Of a DNA stretch of 64,000 nt, positions 1 to 9,693 are shown piece after piece. The DNA lies in NCBI GenBank assembly GCA_965140415.1, contig OZ223209.1:64001-128000 (forward strand), given 5' to 3'. This stretch comes from Myxococcota bacterium (lineage in GTDB: Bacteria; Myxococcota_A; SURF-8). The position numbers and the translations under genes are program-made. Under the pieces are notes generated by a model. That model was not told where the DNA came from and made no database searches. It worked only from the letters and a program-made list of their open reading frames with translations. The stretch's first letter is position 1, and the number at the start of each line of letters is the position of its first letter.

Positions 1-13
1 CGGCTTGGGACAT
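1..13 (-). CDS. 5' end of a gene running off the window edge (MSQA...)
   Basis: Minus strand reads AAAGGAGG-ACGAG-ATG TCC CAA GCC, a strong RBS plus ATG at 13. Only 4 codons are visible. Confidence 0.4.
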
Positions 14-235
14 CTCGTCCTCCTTTCAGCCCCACCTTACCCCGCGTCGCATGGAAGATCAAGAGCCGTGCGCTTTGTGGTATGGGGTATCCGATTCCCA
101 CTTGCATTTGGATCGTGCGGGATTGCATCCCGCGCGTAACATTTCGGATCAAGATACAATCCTGATCCGTCGAAAAGCTCTCCACCACCAATCAAAAGCC
201 CAAGGAAGATGTTTTCAATAATCGACATTAATTTA

Positions 236-264
236 TTGACAAACAATAAAATCTTATTTACTAT
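236..264 (+). promoter_or_regulatory. sigma70-type promoter candidate
   Basis: TTGACA-17 bp-TACTAT upstream of the ORF at 312. Confidence 0.5.
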
Positions 265-311
265 TGAGATGTGCTTGAGCTTTGAACATTGGAACATGAA
301 CGGAGGATGTC

Positions 312-533
312 ATGAAAAAACTATTGCCGTTTCTGCTGGCCGCCATTCTGGTTTTCCCGGCGTTCACCACTCAGAAAGCCCCTGCGTATAGGCAGGTAAA
401 AATGGAGCGCCCTGCTCATCACTACGCCGCGCCCGGACCTCGTTACCAATACGACAAGCTCTGCCAGTACAATCCTGGTTGCCGCTTGTTCATGCAGAAC
501 CGTGCCAAGGAAGTCTTGATGGCCGGTCAATAA
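312..533 (+). CDS. small exported protein, 73 aa
   Basis: GGAGG RBS, signal-peptide-like start MKKLLPFLLAAILVFPAF, and a promoter upstream. Confidence 0.6.
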   Translation: MKKLLPFLLAAILVFPAFTTQKAPAYRQVKMERPAHHYAAPGPRYQYDKLCQYNPGCRLFMQNRAKEVLMAGQ

Positions 534-670
534 TCCCCTTTAGCGGCAGACTTGGTGCATTGGCCTGCCGCGCCCGATTGTCTCCCTCCCCGTGTTGCGC
601 CTGTAGAGCTCACAGACTCGTAGCTTTACAGGCGTTTTTTCGTTTGTTCTACAAGTTTAGTCTCTTCTCT

Positions 671-742
671 GTCATTCCGGGCTTGACCCGTAATCCATTG
701 CACAAAACACAAACGGAACTGTCCGCCTGCTCTAACAATGAC
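671..742. repeat. REP-like palindrome doublet, GTCATT...AATGAC type (degenerate)
   Basis: GTCATTCCGGGCTTGACCCGTAATCC ... TGTCCGCCTGCTCTAACAATGAC. The right half resembles 19621-19648. Confidence 0.6.
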
Positions 743-828
743 AAAAATTGACTCTTTCATGACTTGGATTGTATTATGTTGGCGTTGTCATAGCATATCG
801 CTTTTCAGTAAAGGAAAAGGAGTGTCTT

Positions 829-1794
829 GTGAAACACCGGATATCCTGCCTTGTCCCAGTTGCGTTTCTCTTTGTTCTGCTGGCCGGTTTGGGTGGCTGC
901 GATAACGAGCAATGCGCCAAGCTCAACGAAAGCTGTAAAATGCTGCCTTGCTGTTCGGGACTGATTACCCACCAAAAAACTCTAACGGTTACGGATGAAT
1001 ACGGGCACACAACCACATCGTCCAGTTGCACCTGTGTCGCTGAAATACCCGACTTCACCGACGGCGATATGGATGCCGACACGTCGGATGGAATCGTTTG
1101 CGATTATGCCAACGACAGCGCAGCAACAGGAGAACCCTGGTACGACTCGGCCTCCGATCTCGTCTGGCAAAATCCGCCTGCCGATAACAAAATGAATTGG
1201 GAGTGTGCAAAGGAATACTGTGCCAATCTGAACTTGGATGGTCACGACGATTGGCGCTTACCCACGATCGGTCAACTCCGCTCCCTGATTCGGGGTTGCT
1301 CTGAAACAAAGACGGGTGGAGATTGTACGATTCAGGATAACGGCTGCCTGTCGCTGTCCTGCCAGGAGAATTGTAACGGTTGCACTGGTAGCAATGGTCC
1401 CGCCGATGGCTGTTACTGGCCGGATGAGATGGAGGGTCCATGTGGTTCGTATAAGTCATCGTCCGCTATCGAAGACAAAGAGAACCGCGCGTGGAAAGTT
1501 CTCTTCAGCTACGCTCTCGTGGACTTGAATTACACAGACAGCGACGACTATGTCCGCTGTGTGAGAGACGGTGACATTCAGACAGACGGTGATATGGAAG
1601 TCAATCCTCCCGATGGGGATGAAGAAGTTGATATTCCAACAGACGGCGATTTGGAAGTCGATACTCCGACAGACGGCGATATGGATGTAGCGAGTAGGAT
1701 GGGCAATTGTTTTGCCCATCAATCCAATCGTTTTAATGTGATGGGCATGGCAAATGCCCATCCTACTATGATATTAAAAACAGAATCGAACTGA
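829..1794 (+). CDS. DUF1566 (Lcl C-terminal-like) domain lipoprotein with DGD repeats
   Basis: AAGGAG RBS plus GTG at 829, lipobox LGGC, motif DSASDLVWQ...MNWECAKEYCANL.LDGHDDWRLPT..QLRSL...YVRCVR. Confidence 0.8.
   Translation: MKHRISCLVPVAFLFVLLAGLGGCDNEQCAKLNESCKMLPCCSGLITHQKTLTVTDEYGHTTTSSSCTCVAEIPDFTDGDMDADTSDGIVCDYANDSAATGEPWYDSASDLVWQNPPADNKMNWECAKEYCANLNLDGHDDWRLPTIGQLRSLIRGCSETKTGGDCTIQDNGCLSLSCQENCNGCTGSNGPADGCYWPDEMEGPCGSYKSSSAIEDKENRAWKVLFSYALVDLNYTDSDDYVRCVRDGDIQTDGDMEVNPPDGDEEVDIPTDGDLEVDTPTDGDMDVASRMGNCFAHQSNRFNVMGMANAHPTMILKTESN
1694..1766. repeat. GTAG-type REP doublet (REPIN-like) inside the 3' end of the DUF1566 gene
   Basis: GTAGGATGGGCAATTGTTTTGCCCATC ... GATGGGCATGGCAAATGCCCATCCTAC: two inverted hairpins bounded by GTAG/CTAC. 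Confidence 0.8.
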
Positions 1795-1857
1795 CAGAAT
1801 ATGTCCTACCCCAATCGACTCCTTCGCGGAAAGTGCGATTAATCCGCCCGGCGCGTC

Positions 1858-1885
1858 TTGACAGCACGGACAATCCTGTTACACT
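1858..1885 (+). promoter_or_regulatory. sigma70-type promoter candidate for ssb
   Basis: TTGACA-16 bp-TACACT with TG at the extended -10 position. Confidence 0.5.
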
Positions 1886-1921
1886 TCCAACGTTCATGAA
1901 ACCCCATCGGAGGATTAAGGG

Positions 1922-2347
1922 ATGAGCAGTGTAAACAAGGTCATCTTGATCGGAAATCTAGGACGCGACCCGGAACTTCGCTATACCGGATCGGGACAGG
2001 CTGTCTGCCAGTTTTCCATCGCGACCAGCGAAAGCTGGGGCCAGGGCGACGATCGCCAGGAACGTACCGAATGGCATCGCATCGTCGTTTGGGGACGACG
2101 CGGTGAAGTGGCTGCGGAATATATGAAAAAAGGCAGCAAAGTCTATATCGAAGGACGTTTGCAAACGCGCAAATGGCAGGATAAAAACGGTCAGGATCGC
2201 TACACGACGGAAGTCGTGGCGCGCGATTTCCAATTCCTGGATCGTCGCGAAGGCGGCGGTGGTGGTCGCTCCAGCAGCAACGAGCCACCCTTGCCCGAAG
2301 ATCCCTTTGGCGGCAATCAGTTGGACGACGACGACATTCCGTTCTAG
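1922..2347 (+). CDS. ssb: single-stranded DNA-binding protein
   Basis: [18 protein letters not shown]...TEWHRIV...[10 protein letters not shown]-terminal DDDIPF. Confidence 0.98.
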   Translation: MSSVNKVILIGNLGRDPELRYTGSGQAVCQFSIATSESWGQGDDRQERTEWHRIVVWGRRGEVAAEYMKKGSKVYIEGRLQTRKWQDKNGQDRYTTEVVARDFQFLDRREGGGGGRSSSNEPPLPEDPFGGNQLDDDDIPF

Positions 2348-2380
2348 ATCGTTCTTAAACCGGAGCAGGGCGGCGGGTGT

Positions 2381-2779
2381 TTAGAAATCTCCGTCGGAGA
2401 GCACCCACTTGCCGTTGATGCGCTTCCAGGTCTGGTTGACCGGTTCCTTTTTCACCTCGAAAGAGGAGTTGTCGTATAATTCGCGAACGATTTTGACGGT
2501 GGCTTCGGTTTTATCCTCGTTCATCGTCACCGAGCGGATCTCGATATTGATGATGTTTTTCTTTTCGAGCGTCAGCTCCATATCGTCTAAGAAGTCCGGG
2601 CGTTTTTCCGTTTCGATATAGTCGGCGGCCTTCATGAGTTGTTTGAATTGCAGGCGGCTGTTATAGCCTTTCAGGGCTTTATCGAACAATTTCAACTGGT
2701 CCTGACCGGTTTTACAGCCGGAAAACGCAATCAAACTGGCGATCAGCAACAGAATAAACGCGGTAGATCGTAGGGTCAT
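2381..2779 (-). CDS. lipoprotein, probable NTF2-like fold
   Basis: GGGAG RBS plus ATG at 2779, lipobox FSGC, C-terminal ATVKIV...QTWKRINGKWVL. Confidence 0.7.
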   Translation of the reverse strand: MTLRSTAFILLLIASLIAFSGCKTGQDQLKLFDKALKGYNSRLQFKQLMKAADYIETEKRPDFLDDMELTLEKKNIINIEIRSVTMNEDKTEATVKIVRELYDNSSFEVKKEPVNQTWKRINGKWVLSDGDF

Positions 2780-2847
2780 AGACGGCTCCCTTAAATTTCG
2801 AAATGAAAACTCAATAGTCGATAGGTTGTAGTGTAAGGAGTGACGGG

Positions 2848-3390
2848 TTGATGTCAATGGAAAACGTATTTCATCGTTGGTTCCGCTTGTTTTCGGGCAA
2901 TATGATTTTGCTCGTGCTGGTTTTATTGCTGGTAACGGCCTGTGGCTCGGACGGCGAAGAAATCGACGATACCGGCGATGTTCCGCCGACGGTGGAAACC
3001 ACCAGCGCGGCTGGGCTGGCGGAATGGCTTTTTTACGAAACCAAGCAGCAGGCTTTGACCTGCGCCAGCGATCTGTACTTCGGTGAAGAACGCATCGCCC
3101 TATATTTCAGCGACAACAAAATCTCCGGGCGCGCCTGTCAGGCGCTTGGCGACGACGCCGTGCTGCCCGAATTCGAACGCATGCTGGTCACTCCCAGTGT
3201 ATTCGGCTACTTCGAAATCGAAAACGAAGGCACCTATCCCGGCACTGCCACCAGCGGGCCGCTGCCCTACGTCGAAGGTACGGCGCATTCTTCCGACGGC
3301 GCGGTGAGTCTGCATTTCTCGCGTTTAGTCGAACACGACGGTCACTGGTATGTGCTGGTGCTGCGTTCCCACGTACAGGGATTGTACTGA
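2848..3390 (+). CDS. hypothetical lipoprotein (start uncertain)
   Basis: Hydrophobic stretch ending LVTAC followed by an acidic linker; C-terminal LVEHDGHWYVL. Confidence 0.65.
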   Translation: MMSMENVFHRWFRLFSGNMILLVLVLLLVTACGSDGEEIDDTGDVPPTVETTSAAGLAEWLFYETKQQALTCASDLYFGEERIALYFSDNKISGRACQALGDDAVLPEFERMLVTPSVFGYFEIENEGTYPGTATSGPLPYVEGTAHSSDGAVSLHFSRLVEHDGHWYVLVLRSHVQGLY

Positions 3391-3453
3391 GGGAACTTTA
3401 AAATAGATCGAGTCTTTCGCTGACATTGTGAACCCGGACTGCGAGCCGATTCC

Positions 3454-4401
3454 ATGCAAGCCACTCCCGCACCAACACATTTCAATAGTTATAACAGTTA
3501 TTTGCGTATGCGCTTTGGCGGGCGTACCGTTAAGCTCTCTTTGGATCTGGGCATTCCCTGCCCGCATCGAAAGCAACAACCACCCGGCTGCCTATATTGC
3601 CGCCCGGGTGTGATCATGTCCGACCGCATCGGCGCGCTTGGATCGATTACCGATCAATTGAACGCCGGGGTTTTAGCCTGCGGCAAGCGCTACAAAACCG
3701 ATCTGTTTCTAGCGTATTTCCAGAACGAAACCAACACTGCCGGGCAGTTGTCCTGGCTATTGGATCGCTACAACGAAGCGTTTCTGCATCCCAAGGTAAA
3801 AGGGGTGATCATCTCCACACGTCCCGACCAGATACCCGAAAACCTGCTGGACATCCTGGCCGCTCGCTCCATGCGCAAACCCGTCTTTTTGGAATTCGGT
3901 CTGCAAAGCATCCACAACTGCACACTCGAACGCATCAATCGCGGGCATGATTACGCCTGCTTCGAAAAGGCCGTGATCCAGGCTCATCGGCGCAAACTGC
4001 CGGTCGCGGCGCACGTCATTCTGGGGCTGCCGGGCGAAACGCCGGAAATGATGCTCGCTACCTTCCGCAAGTTGGCGGAATTGCCACTGGATTCCATCAA
4101 GGTTCATCATTTGCAGATCTACAGGCAATCCCCCATGGAAGCGCCCTGGTACCAGGGAAAAATCAAACTCTTCGAGTCTTTCAACGACTATCTGCCGGTA
4201 CTGCTGGATTGCCTGGAGGTGCTGCCCTGGCGCATCAAAATTCAACGGCTGGTGGCCGATGCGCCGCGAGCCTACATCCTGGCTCCCAATTGGGACGAGA
4301 ACAAAAACGAGATCATCCGGCGTGTGGAAGAAGGTTTTAAGCAGCGCGGCACGAAGCAGGGCAGCAAAGCCGATCCGCGTTGCGCGCGTGTGGTGATTTA
4401 G
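3454..4401 (+). CDS. TIGR01212/YhcC-family radical SAM protein
   Basis: KLSLDLGIPCPHR...GCLYC, YFQNETNT, STRPD, EFGLQS, INRGHD, HVILGLPGE. Confidence 0.9.
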   Translation: MQATPAPTHFNSYNSYLRMRFGGRTVKLSLDLGIPCPHRKQQPPGCLYCRPGVIMSDRIGALGSITDQLNAGVLACGKRYKTDLFLAYFQNETNTAGQLSWLLDRYNEAFLHPKVKGVIISTRPDQIPENLLDILAARSMRKPVFLEFGLQSIHNCTLERINRGHDYACFEKAVIQAHRRKLPVAAHVILGLPGETPEMMLATFRKLAELPLDSIKVHHLQIYRQSPMEAPWYQGKIKLFESFNDYLPVLLDCLEVLPWRIKIQRLVADAPRAYILAPNWDENKNEIIRRVEEGFKQRGTKQGSKADPRCARVVI

Positions 4402-4540
4402 ATCGCAGCAGGAGATAATGCATCGAAGCGGGGGGAGAATCTCCAATACGTGACGGCATGGGGATTATCTTAGCTGACCGGCATCAGCCTATCGTGTCAA
4501 TACGACCGGAATCGCTCCGGTTATTAAAGGAAGTAGTAAC

Positions 4541-5200
4541 ATGACAACGCGCTCCGTTCGTCAACAGACAGTGGGAGAGGAAATTGCCAACGCCATCACT
4601 CATGGCATCGGCACCGGACTGAGCGCTGCGGCACTGGTCATTCTGGTAACTCTGGCCGGGCTGCACGGCGACGTCTGGCGCATCGTCAGTTTCAGCATCT
4701 ACGGCGCAACGCTGGTCATTCTATATTTGATGTCTACGCTGTATCACAGTTTCACGAATCCCACGCTTAAAAGGATCTTCCATCTGCTGGATCATTCTGC
4801 CATTTTCCTATTGATTGCAGGAACCTATACACCATTCACCCTGGTTTCTTTGCGCGGCGGATGGGGCTGGACGCTCTTTGGCCTGATCTGGGCTTGTGCC
4901 ATCGCAGGGATCACTTTCAAAGTCTTTTTCCTTGATAAGCTGCGCGTGGTTTCCGTCTTCTTTTACGTCGGCATGGGCTGGCTGGCTCTGATTGCCATCG
5001 ACCCGCTTTTGGATGTCATTCCGTTTTCAGGTTTTATCTGGCTGGCGCTGGGGGGCTTGAGTTACACACTGGGTGTCGTGTTTTACCTTTGGAAGAAACT
5101 ACCTTACAGTCACACCATCTGGCATCTTTTCGTACTGGCAGGCAGCATCTTCCATTTCTTGTGCGTTTTGTGGTACGTGTTGCCGATGACCCCTGCTTGA
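4541..5200 (+). CDS. hemolysin III / PAQR family membrane protein
   Basis: EEIANAITHGIG, STLYHS, DHSAIFLLIAGTYTP, HTIWHLFV. Confidence 0.95.
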   Translation: MTTRSVRQQTVGEEIANAITHGIGTGLSAAALVILVTLAGLHGDVWRIVSFSIYGATLVILYLMSTLYHSFTNPTLKRIFHLLDHSAIFLLIAGTYTPFTLVSLRGGWGWTLFGLIWACAIAGITFKVFFLDKLRVVSVFFYVGMGWLALIAIDPLLDVIPFSGFIWLALGGLSYTLGVVFYLWKKLPYSHTIWHLFVLAGSIFHFLCVLWYVLPMTPA

Positions 5201-5444
5201 GAAGCGGCATTCGAATATCCGATGGGATTTCCCAATAAGACTAGCCCGTACAGTTGCTTGTTGAACTAATCTTCGAACATAATTCATCATCATGAAGAGA
5301 TAACGGAAATTCGGTGTTGGGAGAGACTTTTTCAATTTCTTCGAAATCGGTTGCCTCTTTTCGCCGGTTCGCGGTACAATTACAGGTTGTAAAGCTTTGG
5401 CACTCGCCACATTTGTCATTGGATTCCGTAGAAAGGGAAGCAAG

Positions 5445-6503
5445 ATGCGTCGCCTGTCCCTGGTTATGATGTCGTTTGCATTGTGCGGCTTGATGCTGCT
5501 TGGTGCTACTCAATGCTCCTCCAGCAGCGAGGACGAATTCGAATGCACACTCGATGCCGACTGCGATAGCAACAACCGTTGTTTAAACGGCCAGTGCGTC
5601 TCGCTGGTCTGCATGCAGGATAACGATTGCCTTGCTACCGAAGTCTGCGAAATTCCCACCGGCGAAGTCACCGGACTGTGCAAAGCGGCAACAATTACCG
5701 ACGGCGACGACGATCAGGCGGAGGCGGCGGTTCAAAACTGCGATATCAACGACATCCGCTGTCGCGGCGACGAATTACAGACCTGCCAGAAGAAAAACGG
5801 CGTCTGGGATTTCCGCTTGAGCCAGGTTTGTGAATGCGGTTGCGAAAACGAGCGTTGCGTGGAATGTGTCGACGGCGACCCGGATTTGGAACTGGAGCCG
5901 GAACTGGAACCGGAGCCGGAACCGATCTGCCGCGCGGGAGACTATCGCTGTTATTCCAACCAGGTACAGCTCTGCTCGGACGACGGCATGGAATGGCGCG
6001 TAGACGATCCCTGCCTCAGCGGCACCTGCGTCGAACAACTTCCCGATGCCTGGTGCGGTCCGAAATTGATCTGCGATCCGGGTATGCGCCTGTGTGATCT
6101 GGAAGGCCGAAACGCCGTAGCCACCTGCAACTCCGAAGGCACCGACTGGAGCCTGATGTACTGTGCCGCCAGCCAGGAATGTGAAGACGGCATCTGTGTC
6201 GCCGGTGGTGAATGCACGGCCAACTACTATCGCTGCAACGGCAACGCCGTAGAAAAATGCGCCCAGGACGGCAGCGGCTGGGTGCCGGTGAAAAACTGCG
6301 GAAGCACGGAAGTCTGTTCCTGCGGGCAGTACGTCGGCACCAACTGCGCCATGGCCGACTGCATCGCCACGGCGGTCTGTACGCCCTGGCAGCGTCAGTG
6401 CAGCGGTAACGTGGTGCAGATGTGCTCCTTCGACGGAACGCAGTGGTCCAATATCGAAACCTGCGCCGACGAAGAAACCTGCTCCAACGGGCAGTGTATC
6501 TGA
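5445..6503 (+). CDS. secreted cysteine-rich repeat protein
   Basis: Signal peptide, tandem C..G..RC..N.V..C..DG..W....C units, DGD and (E/L)EPE linkers. Confidence 0.8.
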   Translation: MRRLSLVMMSFALCGLMLLGATQCSSSSEDEFECTLDADCDSNNRCLNGQCVSLVCMQDNDCLATEVCEIPTGEVTGLCKAATITDGDDDQAEAAVQNCDINDIRCRGDELQTCQKKNGVWDFRLSQVCECGCENERCVECVDGDPDLELEPELEPEPEPICRAGDYRCYSNQVQLCSDDGMEWRVDDPCLSGTCVEQLPDAWCGPKLICDPGMRLCDLEGRNAVATCNSEGTDWSLMYCAASQECEDGICVAGGECTANYYRCNGNAVEKCAQDGSGWVPVKNCGSTEVCSCGQYVGTNCAMADCIATAVCTPWQRQCSGNVVQMCSFDGTQWSNIETCADEETCSNGQCI

Positions 6504-6525
6504 TTCTTCAACACGGGAGGGAAAA

Positions 6526-7179
6526 ATGGCAACCATCGGTGTGGTGCTGTCCGGCTGCGGTTTTTTGGACGGCACGGAAATTCACGAAGCCACGTTAACC
6601 CTGCTTTATCTCGACGCGCTGGGCGTTGAGATTCGCTGCATGGCTCCCGACACCGAAATCGTGGAGCCTATCGACCATGCCCACAAGCAACCGGCCAATG
6701 ACGCGCGCAACGTGCTGGCCGAATCGGCACGTATCGCCAGAACGGAAATCTGCGATATCGCCACGGTACAACCCGACGAACTGGACGGCCTGATCTTCCC
6801 CGGCGGTTTTGGTGCGGCCAAGAACCTGTGCGACTGGGCCACCAAAGGCCCCGCCTGCGACGTCCATCCGGAAGTGGCGCGGCTGGTGCTGGGTATGCAC
6901 GTACAAAAGAAACCGATGGGCTTTATCTGCATCGCCCCGGTGATCGCCGCGCGTATGCTGGGAGAAACCGGCGTCACGCTGACAATCGGAAACGACAGCG
7001 CCACAGCGGCGGGACTCGAAGCCACCGGCGCGCGTCACGCAGACTGCACGGTAGATGAGATCGTCGTCGATCCGGCACACAAGATCGTAACCACCCCGGC
7101 TTACATGCTGGGACCGTCGATTGCCTATGTCGCCAAGGGGATCAAGAAACTGGTGCGGCAGGTAGTGGACTGGAGCTGA
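6526..7179 (+). CDS. elbB: ElbB (DJ-1/PfpI family) glyoxalase-like protein
   Basis: VVLSGCGFLDGTEIHEA, RNVLAESARIAR, PGGFGAAKNL, ICIAP, TTPAYM. Confidence 0.93.
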   Translation: MATIGVVLSGCGFLDGTEIHEATLTLLYLDALGVEIRCMAPDTEIVEPIDHAHKQPANDARNVLAESARIARTEICDIATVQPDELDGLIFPGGFGAAKNLCDWATKGPACDVHPEVARLVLGMHVQKKPMGFICIAPVIAARMLGETGVTLTIGNDSATAAGLEATGARHADCTVDEIVVDPAHKIVTTPAYMLGPSIAYVAKGIKKLVRQVVDWS

Positions 7180-7220
7180 TTAACTCGTTGCTCGCTATGT
7201 AATGGAGGTCGGATTTTCAT

Positions 7221-7285
7221 GTTGGAGCATGGGCTCCTGTCCTGCTCCAACCGTTTGTCTATCTTCGATGGATCAGGATTGCATC
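7221..7285. repeat. composite REP-like repeat, left part (intact hairpin B plus half of hairpin A; continues 8608-8658)
   Basis: GTTGGAGCA-TGGGCTCCTGTCC-TGCTCCAAC, then GATGGATCAGGATTGCATC|IS|CTGATCC...AGCGGGATGCAATCCCGCT. Confidence 0.8.
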
Positions 7286-8607
7286 CACATCTGTCCGGTT
7301 AACTATTGAATAATTCCAACTGTTTACCGAAAGGGGGGGATTTCGCTGAATCACCATTTGCCTTCAGTACCTGTAAAATGGGGCTTTCCTCGAAAAGTGT
7401 GACGCTCAAAATCTGTAGAATCGTCATCAAACTGTGCTCGAGATTCAGATCCTTTTTCAAAATCGCCACTAAAAGGTAAACTGTTATCGAAATCCATACC
7501 TGCGTTTTCACCGCGTTGGCACTGGTCCCGTAGAACGCCTTGATGCGTAGATTCTGCTTGATCCATTTGAAAAACACTTCGATGCTCCAACGAAGCCGAT
7601 ACAAGTCCGGAATCGTTTCCGATGGCAGATCGAAAGCGTTGGTCAGCCAGACAAATCGGCTTTTCGATTCCGGATCGGTGTAATTGATACGCCGCAACTG
7701 GTCGGGGTAACGCTTGAGGGAAGCGCGATCAACAAGAGAAACGGTTTGGTCTGTTCTCAAACCTGTGCTTTTATCAACAGGACGAGAATAAATCTTTTTT
7801 GTGTGCGTATCCTTTCGTGCTCTAAGAATAAAGAAAGCTCCTGCTTGATTGATTTTATACATCCGCTTGTAATCCAGATATCCGCGATCCATGATGTAAA
7901 AAGCACCCGCTTCCAGGGGCAGAATATCCAGCAGACGCTTGTCCTGGCTTTTACCGTCTGTAATGGAAATAAAGGTAGGAATTCGTCCGCGCAGATCCAT
8001 CTGCGTATGCAGTCGGAGCGATCCATAGTGACGTGTAAATTTGGCCCAGGGAAAAAGAGACAAACTCAAATCGATGGCCGTGGTGTCCAGAGCGTAAGCG
8101 GTGGCATCCAGATCGACGCCGAGCTTTTCGTCCGCATACAGTGTGCGAGCGCGCCGTATCAGAGGTTGCGCGAGATCTTCGTATATACGCCAGTCGCGGT
8201 GCTCGTTGGCGTCGGCCAGTGTACTTCGAGATACTTTTCCTCGAACCCCCATTCGGTAGAGTTTTGATCCCAACGCACGCAAGGTCGCTTCGATGTCGCG
8301 CAGACTTTCCCTGTAAGACAACTGCGCGAATGCCATGCAGATGAATTGATCCATGCAGGAAAAGGTACGAATGCGCTTGTTCCCCTGATAGCGGTGGACA
8401 CAACGTCTGAAATGCCAATTGGGCAAGTAATCAAGTACTTGCGAAAAGACAGTTTGAGGCATATGCTCCTCCTGCAAATGGGTCATGGAAAACAAGTCCA
8501 TTTTGCACGAGAACGAAAATCTATCGCAAGCACATTGAAAGAGGTGTTTTTGTTAAAGATACTGGATAGTTACTGTGGTTTGCGTTAAAGTTAACCGGAC
8601 AGATGTG
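7286..8607 (-). mobile_element. IS4-family element A, copy 1
   Basis: Perfect terminal IR CACATCTGTCCGGTTAACT; 9-bp target duplication GATTGCATC at 7277-7285 and 8608-8616. Confidence 0.95.
7299..8462 (-). CDS. IS4-family DDE transposase (DUF4372 plus DDE_Tnp_1 type)
   Basis: RESLRDIE, SRSTLADAN..RDWRIY, MDRGY, YREK motif Y-RL-R-WSI-E-VFFKWI-K. The stop codon lies in the IR. Confidence 0.95.
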   Translation of the reverse strand: MPQTVFSQVLDYLPNWHFRRCVHRYQGNKRIRTFSCMDQFICMAFAQLSYRESLRDIEATLRALGSKLYRMGVRGKVSRSTLADANEHRDWRIYEDLAQPLIRRARTLYADEKLGVDLDATAYALDTTAIDLSLSLFPWAKFTRHYGSLRLHTQMDLRGRIPTFISITDGKSQDKRLLDILPLEAGAFYIMDRGYLDYKRMYKINQAGAFFILRARKDTHTKKIYSRPVDKSTGLRTDQTVSLVDRASLKRYPDQLRRINYTDPESKSRFVWLTNAFDLPSETIPDLYRLRWSIEVFFKWIKQNLRIKAFYGTSANAVKTQVWISITVYLLVAILKKDLNLEHSLMTILQILSVTLFEESPILQVLKANGDSAKSPPFGKQLELFNS

Positions 8608-8694
8608 GATTGCATCCTGATCCGTAACGTTTCAAGCGGGATGCAATCCCGCTCGATCTTGAAGAGCTGATTTTATCGTCTTTCTTGTTGCCTT

Positions 8695-9459
8695 TTACCA
8701 GGCATACCCCAGATCGAACAGTAATTTCACTTTAAAGCCGGAGCCGATGGTTTTGCAGCTATAACCGGAGGGGCAGGCGTCTTCCTGTATGACGAATCCC
8801 CAGCCGGTGCCCCCGCCTACTGAAGTGGTAAACCCGTTTTCGAAGATCCAGCGATATCCAAACTGCATGCCCGGCACCAGGTAAATGATGCTCACTACCT
8901 TGTCATCATCGCCAAAAGAGGTACCCGCCTGAAAGTAGGGTCCAAAAAACCATCCGTTGTTGGCGCGCCGATGCAGCCAGAATTGCAGTGCGAATTCTCC
9001 ACCGAGATCGTGTGCGTCGCTTAAAACGGGAGGAGTATAAATAAAGCTGAAACTTCCGGTCACGTTTTCATGAAAGGTGCGCGTGTAGGACAAACAGGGC
9101 CCGGCAAAGACCACACCAATCGGCAAAACGGAAAACACGTTATCCTTGGTGACGGGCCGATAGGGCTTCACCGCCGAAAGATCGGTTTCGTCCGAATCCT
9201 CCGGTTCCGTCGGGGCTTCCCAGGTGACTTCTTCTTCGCTGCTTTCCGATTTATTCTGCTCGTCTGCGCTTTCTTCTGTTGCAGCAGCAGGGGCGCTGGG
9301 TGGTTGCTCGGTTTCAGGAGTAACCGTGGCGGTGTCTGTCCTCGTTTCGGTGACCGGTGGGGTGTTTTCTGGAGCGTCAGTAGAGGAATCGTCCTGGGCA
9401 TGCGCTAGAGGCATCCAGCAAAGTATGATCAGTATTGAAAGCGCGACGAATTTTCCCAT
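8695..9459 (-). CDS. outer-membrane beta-barrel protein (DUF3575-like) with acidic N-terminal linker
   Basis: Signal peptide AHA, GWFFGPY, GYRWIF.NGF, terminal FDLGYAW beta-signal. Confidence 0.75.
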   Translation of the reverse strand: MGKFVALSILIILCWMPLAHAQDDSSTDAPENTPPVTETRTDTATVTPETEQPPSAPAAATEESADEQNKSESSEEEVTWEAPTEPEDSDETDLSAVKPYRPVTKDNVFSVLPIGVVFAGPCLSYTRTFHENVTGSFSFIYTPPVLSDAHDLGGEFALQFWLHRRANNGWFFGPYFQAGTSFGDDDKVVSIIYLVPGMQFGYRWIFENGFTTSVGGGTGWGFVIQEDACPSGYSCKTIGSGFKVKLLFDLGYAW

Positions 9460-9693
9460 GGTTTCTCCTTTCGCAAATCCAGCGGACCATGACCGTGCAA
9501 GGAGAATCGTTTCGCCGCTGTCTTCCGCTCTGAAATGTCAGTGAATGCAGTCAGTGTAGGCCAATACAGAAATGGGAGTCAACTAGAAATATCAATAGCC
9601 GAATTTGTAGGGGCGGGAAATTTGAAACGACCAAGGAGAAACGGGCAGAGTAAAAACCCTGCCCGCATGGAAATTGATTTGAGAATGAAGTGA

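Noticed and set aside
829-1794. DUF1566 protein as a diversity-generating retroelement target
   Set aside because: No reverse transcriptase and no template repeat matching the AWKV...YVRCVR region were seen in the window. A remote DGR cannot be excluded.
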